DNA of 64,000 nucleotides, taken from assembly GCF_001194135.2 (NCBI RefSeq), contig NC_068988.1, forward strand, positions 3,805,245 through 3,869,244, read 5' to 3'. The notes beneath the pieces are model-generated. The model made no database searches. It was not told where the DNA came from and saw nothing but the letters and a program-made list of their open reading frames with translations. How positions within the stretch are numbered: position 1 is the first letter of the stretch; every line of letters begins with the position of its first letter. Below, piece by piece: positions 1 through 13,527 of this stretch. The stretch is from Octopus bimaculoides (lineage: Eukaryota). Made by a program: the position numbers and the translations under genes.

Positions 1-105
1 GAGGAAATATCTATTTTTATAACTAAAACCTTCTCAACAGACCTGGGTATCTACGTTGAGTACACCAGTTGGTTATCCATTTCAACAATTTTGTTTATTC
101 TTCTC

Positions 106-149
106 TTAGAACATTCTTTCTAGCAAAATAATTTCATGGTTATTTCTTT
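106..149 (-). CDS. Possible terminal coding exon (K)RNNHEIILLERMF* of a putative minus-strand gene
   Basis: Acceptor ctctttcatttgtgcag ending at 150. Phase matches the 2329-2430 candidate and gives 13 codons then TAA. Short, so it could be chance. Confidence 0.2.
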
Positions 150-219
150 CTGCACAAATGAAAGAGAATGGATATACTTTCTCAATTTGATACAAATAGA
201 AACCAAATCAAACACTACT

Positions 220-520
220 ATCATCATCATTTAACATCCATTTTCCATGCTAATATGGGTTGGACATTTTGATACCAGGCTCCACTTGTCCATCTTGGCA
301 TGGTTTCTATGGCTGGAGGCCCTTCCTAATGCCAACCATTTTACAAAGTGTACCGGGTGCTTTTCATGTGGTACCAACACAGGTACATTTTACATGGCTT
401 CAACACAGGTGCTTTTCATGTGATCCAGCACAAGAGCTTTTAACATGACACCTCCACAAATGGGTGCTTGCGTGACACCAACACCAGTGGTGTCACCCAG
501 CAGCTAGCAAGACAAGGATC
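220..520 (-). mobile_element. Family C SINE-like retroposon with (ATG)n tail and internal ~26-nt repeats
   Basis: catcatcatttaacatccattttccatgc...gcccttcctaatgccaacca is shared with copies at 7008, 14918, 15392, 18969, 44795, 51313 and 55071. Confidence 0.85.
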
Positions 521-589
521 TCTCAGCTGAAGGTGGGGGAGTTCTATCTTAAAGAAAATAAGGACACATTATAGTCAAATGATACGTGA

Positions 590-810
590 TCCTTTTCATT
601 TTAGCATCCCCTTTTTCCATGCTTGCATGGGTCAAATGGAATTTGATGAGGCAGATTTCTACAGCTGTTACTAAGCCTTACTTGTTTCCAAGCAAAATGA
701 AATTTCTCCATCGCCAGACATATATTCACAGAATATTGGAAATAGATGACACCACTAATGTGAAAATAACAATCATTTAACTCTATCTCACAATACCAAT
801 ATAAGGATGT
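590..810 (-). mobile_element. Family D SINE-like repeat
   Basis: Reverse-complement similarity to 38115-38333 (ccatgcttgcatg; ttgtttccaag; ccagacatatattcacagaa). Confidence 0.7.
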
Positions 811-859
811 GCGTGCACACACACACATACACACAGAAATACATATATGCTGATGTCTA

Positions 860-1000
860 CCATGTTGAAAAGTAAAGCTTTAGTCAGCCCAAGGCTACAG
901 TGGAAGATACTTCTCCAAGATTCCACACAGTGGAACTGAATCTGAAACTCATACATGGTTGAGAAGCAAACTTCTTAACCACACAGCCATTCCTGTGCCT
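860..1000 (-). mobile_element. Family B tRNA-derived CORE-like SINE, 5' part
   Basis: Matches 11265-11365 (aggctacagtggaagatacttctccaag...aaccacacagcc). A/B-box-like head on the minus strand. Confidence 0.75.
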
Positions 1001-1116
1001 ATTTTATCTCCAATAAAAAAGACAGGGTGGTCATGGTAAGAATATTTTCATTATAGACCTGCTCAATTAATATTAACCAGGAGACTAAACAAAAAACTTT
1101 ATTTTATATCCTGTCT

Positions 1117-1210
1117 GAAGGCAGCGATATGGCAGAACCATTAGCACAGCAGACGAAATGCTTAGCAGCATTTCATCTGTTTTATGCTCTTAAGGTCACC
1201 TGAGACAACT
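1117..1210 (+). mobile_element. Family A SINE, 5' fragment
   Basis: aaggcagcgatatggcagaaccattagcac...gaaatgcttagcagcatttc matches the heads at 27271 and 28503. Confidence 0.75.
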
Positions 1211-1907
1211 ATATGTTGTTTTGTTTAGACAAATCACAAAGACTGTAATTAGATTTGAAGTTGGAACAATGTCACTGCCTAAAATCTTAATATATTTTCT
1301 CTCAGGATTTTAAACCAAAGAGTTTATCCTATTTCTATAATTTTGGATGAAAGAGAAGACAAAACATATTTAACAAATCTAAAATACTGTTAAAATTATA
1401 AGACATCATGGTTGAATGATGAAATAATGAATAATATAATGGAGTTTTAAAGGTTTGTAATGGATTGCAAAAATGGTTTGCCAAAATCTGTAGAGTTTAG
1501 TATAGCAAGAACATATCTGAGAAGAGCAAATTAAAACCATCTACTATCCACTGGCACATATTATAGCCATATATTGTATACAGACATTTTTAAATAACAC
1601 ACACACACGCATGCATGCACACATGTACATACACACACAGTGAAAACAATAGCTAAAAAATATATATTTCCACATAGTGAACTGTAGTGAAAAAATAAAA
1701 AGAAGCACAATGCACAGATTTTTTATGATGGACAAAAAATATTGTTTTTATGAGATAAAATATTTACATAGTCGACCAGTTTCACAAGTACTAATCATGA
1801 CTATGAAGTTATTTCATGCTATCGTTAGAAGTTTTCATTCCATGTTAGTAGGAGGAAGATATGTATAAATATACATCCATACACACATATATATATATAT
1901 ATACATG

Positions 1908-1942
<35 letters not shown>

Positions 1943-2328
1943 ATGCACACACACACATATATATATAACCAAAAGTTTAAAAATAAATGGTATTGGCACA
2001 ATTATTTTCTAGTTTTATGTTTTTAATCTTAGAACCAGGCAGTTGCTTTCATAATTTACTTTTATTCTAATTTAGATTATTCACATGAATCATTAGAGAT
2101 AAAAATTCAATTTTTCTTTGGTTTAATGATTTACTATAAAAGTTCAATAATGTTGAGATTTGGAATCAGTTCATATCAAAAACAGAATCTCAGTTTCCTG
2201 ATCTTGGTAAAATAATACAATAAACAAGAATATTCAACAATTTATGTTGTTGAGAATGATTTTGTGAAATTCTTCTTTTTAATATCATGAAGTGTCATTT
2301 TCATTGAAGAGAATGATTGAATCCTTAC

Positions 2329-2430
2329 TTTGGCTATGGAAATATTCCTCCATAACATCTGGCAATGATTTAGAGTTTGTTTGGAATAACTCTAAAAGGA
2401 ATTTCTCAAGCTGATCTTTTTGATGGCTAA
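2329..2430 (-). CDS. Candidate internal exon SHQKDQLEKFLLELFQTNSKSLPDVMEEYFHSQ
   Basis: Acceptor tttacctcttctcag, donor A|GTAAGG, 102 nt, phase 1 to 1. Only one of three frames is open and the peptide is helical-looking. Protein not recognised. Confidence 0.45.
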
Positions 2431-2818
2431 CTGAGAAGAGGTAAATATTTATTCAAGAAGGAAATATTTTGAAATAAAAGTGAGGCTTCTTTTGTACATG
2501 TATAAAAGAGTGAAAGATATTCCATAGAGCAGAGCTTTTTCATTTCTGTTCATGTTGCATCCCAAACATGAACCCATAGAACATTTTAGATGTCTTTAAG
2601 AACTTTCTGGATGTATTTCTACCATTACTTCAAGAAGCAATTTATGGTCTGTTGCCTTAAATCTTCAACTCTGAGACACTTAATGGCTATTGACCTTATT
2701 TCATGGTTTGCCGGAATGTTCTGTGTTGTGGTAAATGAAATGCTAAATTTATTTCCTAGTTTTTTTTCTTCATGGTCCTAAATTTATGTTCTTCCTCAAG
2801 AAGTAAAATAATACCAAC

Positions 2819-2868
<50 letters not shown>
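2819..2868. repeat. (CAT)n microsatellite
   Basis: Directly visible. Confidence 0.98.
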
Positions 2869-2869
<1 letters not shown>

Positions 2870-4724
2870 ATCTTTATATTAGACAAAGGATTATCATATA
2901 TGAGTCCTGGCAAGCCTGAAGTTGTTAGAGACATTGTCAAAAAAAAAAAGTAAAATTATAACTTTAATAAAAAAATAAATTTGCACAAAAATTTTTAACA
3001 AAAACTGGAATGAAAGAATAAAATTGAAAGAGCAGAAATAGAAATGAAATATTTTATCATATTTTATAAAACATAAACACATTACTGTAATGAGAAACCT
3101 TAATTTCAGCTTGGTTGGCCAACAAAAGGTTTCAATCATGCATCACAGCTGAGTTTAAAATGCATAAAACTCTAAACACAATTGGTTCAACAAGGTGTAA
3201 ATTATTAATTTCTCCAACAATTTTTAAATTACTAATTTATCTGTGAAAATATTTTCTCCAACAATCTATATGCAAATTTACAAATCTGTCCAATCCAGCT
3301 AACTTGGTAAAGTCATTAAAAAATATGTATGAAAACTTTGAAACAATGGCATATTCTAGCAACATGATGTGTAGACAATGTTGTTCTCTGTTTAAAACAA
3401 TTGGTATTTTTATTTTAAAATCTCACAAAAGCCAAAATAATTGTGTTGCATTCAACAAGGTTTTATTTTCTTCTTTTTGCTTCTCATCTCAGATTTGGCA
3501 GGTCTACTGATTTACGATACATTTTATTTATAAATTCCAGGATCTGATCCAAATCTTTCAATTAATCTTACTTTTTAAAAAATAACAAAAAGAAACAGAA
3601 AATTGCTACCAACCTTTTATTCTATCAGGAAAACAAACCATGTATTTTCTTATTCTCTATGGAACACTATGCTATGATTCCTCTATTGATTTATTCCAAC
3701 AAACCAAATTCTTTTGAACCTCAAAACTAAACACATTGCTCTCCTTGTCTCAGTCTGTCTATTTAACAGAAGATTCTAGTCATACATCACAGATGACTAA
3801 GTACTGTTTGGAAGGAAATATTCTCTGCAACGACTTTTCAACAAATTCTAATATGAACATTGCAGAAAATTACCATTTTTATCCTTTTTTTATTATATTT
3901 CTCTTAGACATTGAGATAACACTACATTTTCTGTTGATTTTTCAAACTACAAAAGATAATACTGACCAGTTTCTTAATAATCTTTTTCAGTAATTTCTTA
4001 AATATTTAATTCCCCTATTTCATTCAATGCTCTATTGGAATTCTAGAACAAAACTGTTTCCTTAAACTGGTTCCACGAGTAATTTATAAATATCATTTTA
4101 ATGTACATTATCACAAACAATTGACGTCTATTATTATTTGACATTCCTACTAACCATTAAGCAATTAGAATCAAAACGCAAGCATGGGCAATGGAGAATC
4201 AGCAACTGATTAGAAATAGAAGATGAAAACGGCTGCTGATTTGGTTGTTAATGTTTCTGAGTTCAGATTCTTGCAGTGAAGATTTTTCACCTTCTGAGTT
4301 AAATGTAGTGAATCCTCCCTAAAAAATGGTGAACAACATTTGGCGGTGTTCTAGGGAAACAAGCTTGATCACACATGTTTATATAAGAACCTAATTAATT
4401 GAATTAAATTTCAGTCAATAAATGATTAGTGTGATGCTATATCATCAGGCATGTATTATAACTGGTAGTTTTCACAGCAGCACACCAATGCAGCTCAATC
4501 TGAACTCTCTATGCCAAATATAGGACTTTACCATAATTGATTTAACCTTCAAGATGACTGTTGTTAAACATTCTCATTCTGAAATTTCTATAAAGCAAAA
4601 TATTTTGTATTTTGTCCTCCATATTGCATGAATTCTTACTTCTCTGTGATGTCAATAAGAATATGTCTCAGTAATTTGCTGCAGTAAAATGTGTGTGTGT
4701 GTGTGTCCACTCCTGGCACTTTGT

Positions 4725-5040
4725 CAGTTATGATGGAAAAGGTTCCATTTGATCCAATCAACGGAACAGCTTGCTCGTGAAATTGACGTGCAAGTGGCTG
4801 AGCACTCCACAGACATGTGTACCCTTAATGTAGTTCTCGGAGGAGATTCAGCATGACACAGAATGTGACAAAGCTGGTTCTTTGAAATACAGGTGCAACT
4901 CATTTTTGCCAGCTGAGTGGACTGAAGCAGCATCAAATAAAGTGTCTTGTTCAAAGAAACAGAATGCACTGTCAGGTATTGAACTCATCACCTTACGATC
5001 GTGATCCAAATTTCCAAACTACTAAGTCATGTGACTTCAC
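4725..5040 (-). mobile_element. tRNA/CORE-like SINE (family B-related head, own 3' tail)
   Basis: gtggctgagcactccacagac...gagattcagcatgacacag...aaataaagtgtcttg. Fragments of the same tail at 32865 and 41185. Head is shared with 35727. Confidence 0.85.
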
Positions 5041-5562
5041 TCTTATATCACAGAGAACAGCTAATGAGCCTGAGAAATAAATCTACAGAAGCTTAAGATA
5101 ATTTTTTTAAGAAATGGAAATTCCGTCTTTTGCCAGATGCATTGTTACATTTCGTCAGTCAACAAAAACAAAAACAGGCCCACAATCACATTTGAATGCA
5201 GTTGAATAATTAATTTTGAATATGTTTTGACAAATATCACCACGTCTCACTCAATAACTGAATGAAATATTTGTATAAAGTTTAGACTTCTATAAACAAA
5301 AATAGTAATATAAATGTCTGTTTTAGACATTTTTATTCCTTTTCCGCTTTTATAAATTTGTTTTATTATTTGTGTGACCCTAATCAGCTTCAATTTTAGC
5401 ATCTTAACACTTTTTAAACAGATTTTTGTCTTTAAAAAACAGGCAGGGCATCTCTATTTTAGTATTGAACCCACTGCATGAAGATTTCTGTCTTGCAATT
5501 TGTCAGGAAGATGTAGATATATTGATTTGATTTATCTCTTAGTATGAGCTGCAGGTAGTATC

Positions 5563-5568
5563 AGCAGA

Positions 5569-5633
<65 letters not shown>

Positions 5634-5651
5634 CAGTAGTAGTAGTAGTCG
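5563..5651. repeat. Compound (CAG)n(TAG)n microsatellite
   Basis: Directly visible. Confidence 0.97.
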
Positions 5652-6496
5652 TCATTGTAACCACACTTATAACTATTTCAAGGGTTCTCATGAAAATCTT
5701 TAGATATTATCTGTGTCACTCCATCTCCTAGCTTACTCTAAAGGAATCCTTTTCAAATGCCTGCATTAGTTTCAATAAATACTCTGCTTGGTTGGTGCCT
5801 TTACCATTAATATTAAAAATAATAAAAGTAAAAATCCTGAGTATTTCCACATAAAACTCATCAACCATTTCACATGTATGCACACACAAATTAAGATGTA
5901 CATGCTTTTACATACGATGACAAAGATAGATAAAACATTTCATAAAAGCAACAGCAATCGTGAGAGAGAGTCTCAAGAAATGTCTATTTATTTATGTTCT
6001 ACCATTATCCAACATATATACTGAAATCCATAGTTCTAAACCTTTATCACTAGAATTTCTATAAGATTTACCGATTTTATGTATATGATTATTATCTCAA
6101 CAGATAAAATGTGTATTTTATGGAGAAATTCATTGGAATCTTTTAAAGAAAATTATCCAAGTTCATTCTCATTCCATTTATCAATCGTCATTGCTGTTTG
6201 ATGCAATTAAATTATATGGTTGTCACAAGTTAAGAGCCATTTCACAATCATAAACCAAAATTCAGCTGGAAGATATTTGTTAAAATGGCAGCAGTTTGAT
6301 AGTAACTAAATACAGCCTTGATAGATTTGATCTTTACACACAGTTCTGGTGTACTTTCCCTTTAGCACTATACCAATTACTGAAATATATTACTCATCCA
6401 CTATACAAGTCACATGTTCTGAGTTCTGAGAGTTATACACATTTAAAAATTTTTCACTATATGTATGTATGTATGTGTATATATATATATATATAT

Positions 6497-6852
6497 NNNN
6501 NNNNNNNNNNNNNNNNNNNNNNNNNNNNNNNNNNNNNNNNNNNNNNNNNNNNNNNNNNNNNNNNNNNNNNNNNNNNNNNNNNNNNNNNNNNNNNNNNNNN
6601 NNNNNNNNNNNNNNNNNNNNNNNNNNNNNNNNNNNNNNNNNNNNNNNNNNNNNNNNNNNNNNNNNNNNNNNNNNNNNNNNNNNNNNNNNNNNNNNNNNNN
6701 NNNNNNNNNNNNNNNNNNNNNNNNNNNNNNNNNNNNNNNNNNNNNNNNNNNNNNNNNNNNNNNNNNNNNNNNNNNNNNNNNNNNNNNNNNNNNNNNNNNN
6801 NNNNNNNNNNNNNNNNNNNNNNNNNNNNNNNNNNNNNNNNNNNNNNNNNNNN
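6497..6852. other. Assembly gap (N-run) next to (TA)n
   Basis: 356 N. The overlapping ORF calls are artefacts. Confidence 0.99.
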
Positions 6853-7007
6853 TATACATACACACTCATACATATGTATCTAATTGATATAGTCTAGTTA
6901 ATAAACTCATAGTGTGAATTTGAAAGGTCCTATATGGTCATTGGCTACTATATGCCTTTCTACAACAGGATATTTTGGGAGTTCCACATACCTATATAAA
7001 TATTAAT

Positions 7008-7200
7008 ATCACCATCATCATTGTCATCATCATTTTTTAACGTCTTTTCCTCATGCTGGTATGGGTTGGACGGTTTGACAGGAGTTGGCCTGTTGGAGAG
7101 CTGCCCAGGCAGCATTTGTGTTCTAGCACTGGATGTCCACCACTTTACAGAGTGTACTGACTGAGCACTTGTAAAAGGCACAAGAAGTTTTGACCCCATG
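7008..7200 (-). mobile_element. Family C SINE-like copy
   Basis: (CAT)n then ttaacgtcttttcctcatgctggtatgggttggacgg. Confidence 0.85.
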
Positions 7201-7538
7201 TCATCTCTTCTGTGAAGCCCAAAGTCTGGAGTTCCTTTCTCACCACTTCATCCCACGTCTTCCTGGATCTAAACCTTCCACAATTAGAGATTGACACTTC
7301 TTTACACAGCTGTCCTCATCCATATGCATCACATGACCATACCAGCGCAGTCTTCTCTCTTGCACACTGCATCTGAAGTCTCATATACCCAATTATTTTT
7401 CTCTGACATTACCCATCCAGCAGAGCATACTGTCTTCATTTCTTTCAAGCTTTTGCATGTCTTCAGTAGTCGTAGCCCATGCTATTTGTACATACACACA
7501 CACATACATAATCATCATCATCATCATCATCATATATA

Positions 7539-7866
7539 TTCAGTCATTCTATAAATAATGCGGTTTTTTACAATTGCATCAACTGAAAGTCGGTGGGGGA
7601 TGGGATAGACTATCTGCATCAACTTGCTATAAATGCAGGTGGTAATTTTACCTTGTACTTATTCTTAATGAAAGTTTTGAAGAGTGCAGTTCGATTTTAA
7701 TAGTTATTTATCAAGGCTATAATGGAAGTGGCAAAGGAGCATATTTGGCATATTCTGCTTTATGAGTTCAATAAAGGCAACGGAAAGTGCGAGGAATATT
7801 AATACAGTAAGTGGGGATCGGACAATAAGCGTAACCCAGTGTCAACGGTGGTTCCAGAAATTCCAA
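7539..7866 (+). mobile_element. mariner transposon 5' fragment (left TIR plus HTH start of transposase)
   Basis: TA followed by ttcagtcattctataaataatgcggttttt. From 7722: MEVAKEHIWHILLYEFNKGN / frameshift / ESARNINTVSGDRTISVTQCQRWFQKF, a typical mariner N-terminal HTH. Confidence 0.88.
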
Positions 7867-8097
7867 AACTAGTCAATAGACTATATATTATTCATATAAA
7901 TACAGTGTACATTTAAACACACCAGAGAGATGTCCTTAATAGGACATCTAACCCGCTAGAAGAAACAGTCAAAACTCCAAACCACAATTAGGGATAATTT
8001 CAAAAGAGAATGAAAAATAAAAACATTTACCATCTATTTTCCGAACCATGGTTTCAAGGTATTTTTAGCAAAATAAAATAATATTTTGCAAGGCCAG

Positions 8098-8098
<1 letters not shown>

Positions 8099-8184
<86 letters not shown>
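8099..8184. repeat. (TA)n microsatellite
   Basis: Directly visible. Confidence 0.98.
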
Positions 8185-8188
<4 letters not shown>

Positions 8189-8357
8189 ATATTTATGGAT
8201 GTTTCTAATGTGAGATTCCAGTAAACCAACCAAGTCTGCGGCAATATAGTTTACGTATCTGAGTGACTTTATTCCCGTTATTCCTCACGGCACCAGTTCT
8301 TAGTTATTACTTGACACCCTGACACATAATATGAACTAATACTTTTTAAGAATTGAT

Positions 8358-8571
8358 ATTTCTTTTACTTCCCACAAGGGGCTACACACAGAGGGGACAA
8401 ACAAGGACAGACAAATGGATTAAGTCGCTTATATCGACCCCAGTGCATAACTGGTACTTAATTAATCTACCCCGAAAGGCAAAGTTGACTTCGGCGGAAT
8501 TTGAACTCAGAACGAAATACCGCTAATCATTTCGCCCAGCATGCTAATATTTCTGTCAGCTCGCCGCCTTA
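8358..8571 (-). mobile_element. Family A SINE, full length, tail type B, with 11-bp TSD
   Basis: Head aaggcggcgagctg, B-box gttctgagttcaaattcc. TSD taagaattgat at 8347-8357 and 8572-8582. Confidence 0.93.
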
Positions 8572-9677
8572 TAAGAATTGATCCAGTTCCCAATTATCAA
8601 AAGAGATAATGAAATAAATACATAAATGGTATCCATTTATTTTCCTATACTGCTATGAGTGGTAGAGATCTGCTTTTTTAATTTTATATATATATATATA
8701 TATATAAACACACACACACATCAATGCGTTGATTGTTATAGGGTAGGTGATACATTTTTAGTAAATTAATTCGTTTTACCACAATTGATTCTCATGTGAG
8801 ACATTCTATCTCACTTATAAACTTTTACCTTCAATTTTCAATCACCGTCCATGAACTGGAGAGCAATTGACTTCTCCAAGAGACATGGCATCCTTAACAC
8901 AATGCATAACGATGGAAGTGGGCCATTAACTTATTGTGCTGTCATAAGGAACACAACATATTTCCTGTTGTAGAATACACTTCGAGCAGCTGACTTGTTA
9001 CTGTCCCAGTGGGTTAAGTCTGTAACCTAGTTTGGCTGTTTTTTATCAGTTAAAAACATTTCATTTCAATTATGTGATTAATGTCTTTGAAACAGGTAAA
9101 AATGTTACAATTTCTCCCCTCCTTAAATATTCAGGCTTCTTAATTCATTTTAATGGTTGAAACATGTTATCTCTTTCAAATTGCTCTAAATCAATATATT
9201 TACAGACTTAATTCTACCACCTACCAAGACAGCCAACAAGATAATCACTTACACAAATATCATTGCAGTTCTAGTCAAGCTAATTTGTGGCACAGATACA
9301 TAGAAATGAATGCCTAGAGGTGATGAAACATCTCTATATTATTAGTTCTCATAATCTTACTAATTTTATGATTGAAGGAACAGATGTAGCTAAATGCCTG
9401 GCCAATGATTTTCATTCTTTAGTTTTGTCCTTCGGTGTCATCATTTCGCATTCCTGCTCTGGTTGACTACGGCCTTAATTTTTCCAAAATTACTTTTATT
9501 TGCAACAGGCTTGCGCATGGGTTAATTCAATAAATCCAAACTATTTGTAAACTGTAGCAATGTGGCAAATCACTTTTTCTGAGTAACGTTTAAAGATATT
9601 CATATTTGGTTATATTTAGTCATTAGTCAAACCATTTTTATCTCCACTCACCATTATACTTGTATTGTCTTTTTCTG

Positions 9678-9876
9678 TTCTTTTGATACCAACCCACTTG
9701 TACTGCCTTGTGTTCTATAATACAAACTTCCGATTTAAAAGTGATCTAAATTAAAACCTTCAATAAAGATTTCCTGTTAATATACATTCCAAACACTAGC
9801 TTCAAAATAGCAAATTCATTATTTCAAAAATTAATTGAAATAAACGCAATATATTTCAACAGAAATATACCATTAA
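9678..9876 (+). mobile_element. Degraded copy of a TTAA-flanked MITE family
   Basis: Shares aaagtgatctaaattaaaaccttc and atttcaacagaaatat with 37335 and 56807. Confidence 0.75.
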
Positions 9877-10773
9877 GAGAATTTATATTAAGAAATTGTT
9901 TTGCCAAATATTTTACCTGTCAATTGACTAGTATAATTATTCTTTGAAATGTGTGTAATTCTTCAGATGTCCAGTTTTCAGTTTTATTCTTGTTTTTATA
10001 TAAAAACCACTTTTGCTTGTTAGTTTGATTGAAGAAATAGAATTATGTACTCTGAACAAATGCAACAGTTCTTATTGAATTTAGCAATAGTTTAACATAC
10101 TAAAAAAAAAAAAACACAGTTGTTCAAACAAATATGAGACCATTTTCTTGAATGCTCATAATGCTAAATGTGAGAATGTTACTTTCGTTAAGAATTAGTG
10201 GCATAGGTGACTTGTTCTTTGGTTCTGAGATTTTTTTTCTTTCAAGACAAATTTAGTTCTAAGCCCTAAGAACTCATCAATAATTTTTCACATTATTTTT
10301 ATTGTATCTATAAGAGTTCTGTTCTTTTTCTAGTGTAAGAGTCTACAAACCCAATCTACTTTCAAACTATGCTTGTCCTTTCATTGCATTTCCAGCGAGT
10401 TTGACCTTGTGTTATTTCTGTTTGATAAATATACAACTTACATCTCGATAAAAGTTACATTTCCTCATACACTTCTGTTATGACTGTTGCTGTACACTTG
10501 ACATTTCTTTCAGACTTTAATAAACAAAATAAAATAAAAACAAAATATTTATTTTTGTCAATGTAAACACATTTAATCTTCTTCTAATTTAATGTGTGGC
10601 ATATTTATGATAAAACTGGTTATTTTAATATTTAAATTTAGCCATCTTTTTATGAATAATTTGTAATTTTTAATAAATTATCTCAAGTTCTATCGCATGT
10701 TTATCTTGAATTATCTCAATTAAATACAAATAGATAAATACATACACACACACACATATATATGTAATATATA

Positions 10774-10820
<47 letters not shown>

Positions 10821-11264
10821 TATATATACACACATATATAATATATATATAGAGATAGATAGATAAGGCTGGTTTATGAGATTACTGGCCTTATCTAACT
10901 TTATATAGTATACTGCTCTATAACATTGAGTGTGCTTCTTTCTCAGATTTATATTTTACCGACAATAATTATATTTATGGAGAGAGAGAGAGAGAATTTT
11001 TTGTTGCCTTGACATATAACCAAATGTGTTTATTATTTTAATTTGATACATTTGGAAATATTTTCACAGTTATACTTTACAATTTAAAAAAAAATTTTAT
11101 GGATAAATTCTTGATTTGTTGGTTGAGTGACGGTATTTGAAGCTTGCTAGCTGTACACACTCTAAAAGTGAACTAGAACAATCCACAATAGCACAAAGGT
11201 AAGCTGTTGTAGAGTTTAAGGCAAGTATTTAGCAAATAATAACTATTTAAAATCATAAAATCAA

Positions 11265-11365
11265 GAGGCCCGAGGCTATAATAGAAGACACTTGCCCAAG
11301 GTGCCCCGCAGTGGGACTGAACCTGGAACCATGTGGTCCGTAAGCAAGCTACTTACCACTCCTAC
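11265..11365 (-). mobile_element. Family B tRNA-derived CORE-like SINE, 5' part
   Basis: Reverse complement: gtggtaagtagcttgcttacggaccacatggttccaggttcagtcccactgcggggcaccttgggcaagtgtcttctattatagcctcgggcc. Confidence 0.88.
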
Positions 11366-12024
11366 ACCTATAGCAATTATTTTATACTAAACATGTCTTC
11401 TATTATTTGTGAAGTTAAGACCTGATTTAAGAAAGTAGGAACCAGTTAAAGAAGCCTATAACCTTATGTAAATATTTAAAGCAGATGCTGATGCTGATGG
11501 AGGTGATGATGATGATGAATACAGTGGTGATGATGATGAATAAATGTTTTCTTTATTATTAACCATCACATAGCATTAAAAGAGTAATAACTGTTTTTGA
11601 TTCTCTTATATCTATTTCTACATTTTAATTCTCCTTCAATATCAAATGCAGCCAGAAATAAAGGCCATGAGAACAGTTTAGTTATAATTTGGGGCCACCC
11701 CTACTCCCATCTTTCAGTATGTAATGTCCCCTTATTGCCTTCATCTCACTCTCTATTTTATGCTCCCTCCTTAACCCTACAACTCATATCAACCCCTTTT
11801 TACTTGTCCTCCTCTCCCTTTCCTCCTAACCTTACCTTTCCCAATGTCCCTTCCCCTCCCTACAGTAACTACCGCTAGTCTCCCCATCACCACCCCTCAC
11901 AACTACAAACCTGTTCCTTTCATCATCCTTCACTCTTTCATCACCTCACTTAATGGTGTCACCCTCTTCTTCATTTCTTCTTTCATTTAGTGGGGGGTGG
12001 GATTCTTCAGTTTGGACAGTTACA

Positions 12025-12250
12025 AGGTAACCTACTAATGCTGGTGCAAAACAAAAACAACATATCCATTACACTCTGCAAAGGGGTTGGCATTAGGAAG
12101 GGCATCCAACCATGGAAATCATTGCAAAACTGAGGCACTGAAACATGACAGGGTCATACAACATGATAGTGATGGTAATGACAATGATGACAACGATGAT
12201 GATGATAATGATGATGACACCAACAGTGACAAGCGTGACAATGATGCTGA
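12025..12250 (+). mobile_element. Family C SINE-like copy with (GAT/GAC)n tail
   Basis: ggttggcattaggaagggcatcca followed by a degenerate GAT-rich tail. Confidence 0.75.
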
Positions 12251-12399
12251 GTCAGCCACAAAGGTAACAACCAACTGCAAATTTTAGAGAGGAAGGTTTG
12301 AACCCCAGAATAGAATCTCCATAACAGTTATTGATGCTATCTGTTGAATGTATTATTATGAAGAAGACAGGGAATACTAATAACTGAACCATTGCATGA

Positions 12400-12620
12400 T
12401 TCCAGTAAGACATTATCGATAGAAAGGAATGTGACTAAAATGTAATTAGCAGTGAGAGATCTCTATGGTAAATAGCAGCAGAGAAAACTGTCCATCTCAG
12501 TGTGTAGGAAAAGTGTGGGCAGGAATTCAATATTATGTTGGCAGACCTCAGCTGACAAAGATAAAATGATTTAAATCTGACACATACAGAAGTGCAACTG
12601 ACAGACTGATCAGTCCAAGG
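12400..12620 (+). mobile_element. Highly decayed RTE LINE relic (PHD-like region)
   Basis: SVCRKSVGRNSILC at ~12495-12540 parallels SICRKGVDRNSIRC at ~19965. Confidence 0.6.
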
Positions 12621-13387
12621 CTAAAAGACCAGGAGATGGTCAAAGGGTTTGCTATGATTGCAATACTTTTAAACAATATGATTTGTACTGAAAGAGGAAT
12701 TCAAAACACACATAATATGGAATGTTGTGAGGTTTTATAAACTATGGTCTCTGGTTGGTGGCAATGTAATCTTCTCTTTCTATTAAGGGCAAACTTTGTA
12801 ATATGTACACACCTCAAGTACTACCTTGTATGAAGGTGCAAAAGAAAACATGACATGGGAAACATATTAACGCTATATACAAAGGTACAAATTATCCCAA
12901 GTTGAAGTGAGGGTGATTCAAGGTAGTCACACAAGCAGCCCAAAGTGACCTTTTTGCATTCAGATCTCTGTCAAATGTAAAGCTTATTCATTCACATTGT
13001 TTTGAATTAATTATTATTTTGTAGTGTCAAGATATCAATGTTTTTTTTACATTGTAGATTAGGTGTAAGATCTGACTCATCTGAAAATAAAACAGGTAGA
13101 ATATTTGGGCAGGATATGACTGGTTTAAATGTTAATGGCTTAAAAATCAAATATTTGAACCAGATCAGACAAGTTGGAAAGTTATGCATGAAAATATGAC
13201 TTTACTACAACTTTGTTCAACCAATCCTCACATAGGAAATTGAAATTTGAGTAACATTGAAGGTGACTTACTCACAGATATGTGATAGGTTTTTGAACTT
13301 AGCAAAAAGACAAGAATATTTTCAGTATAATTTTTATGGAGAAACTACAAGGATGAATAACGAAATCAGATTCATTGAGACCGTCAC

Positions 13388-13443
13388 CAATTTGATGATT
13401 TTTGTTTCATACTCTTCCCAGGCATTGTAGCAGATTTTATTAA
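13388..13443 (-). CDS. Weak candidate exon NKICYNAWEEYETKIIKL
   Basis: Acceptor gactttttag, weak donor G|GTGACG. Phase 1 start is compatible with 13528-13579. Confidence 0.22.
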
Positions 13444-13527
13444 CTAAAAAGTCATTAGGCTACTAGACACAATAAAAAAATTATTAGTGTTACATTTAAC
13501 GAGCTGCCAAAACTCTTATAATTACAC

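Noticed and set aside
2480-2800. Protein-like fragments on the minus strand (KYIQKVLKDI, NVLWVHVWDAT); similar at 3300-4100
   Set aside because: Several stops in every frame and no motif I can assign. Possibly old transposon debris, but unsupported.
5737-5799. Exon candidate TNQAEYLLKLMQAFEKDSFR with donor A|GTAAGC
   Set aside because: The acceptor is ambiguous (aag, distant from the pyrimidine tract) and the phase does not join the 2329-2430 candidate.
6296-6897. Long ORFs of 138-195 aa
   Set aside because: They are translations through an N-gap and (TA)n. The same applies to ORFs at 23374-23669, 45310-46038 and 58231-58632.
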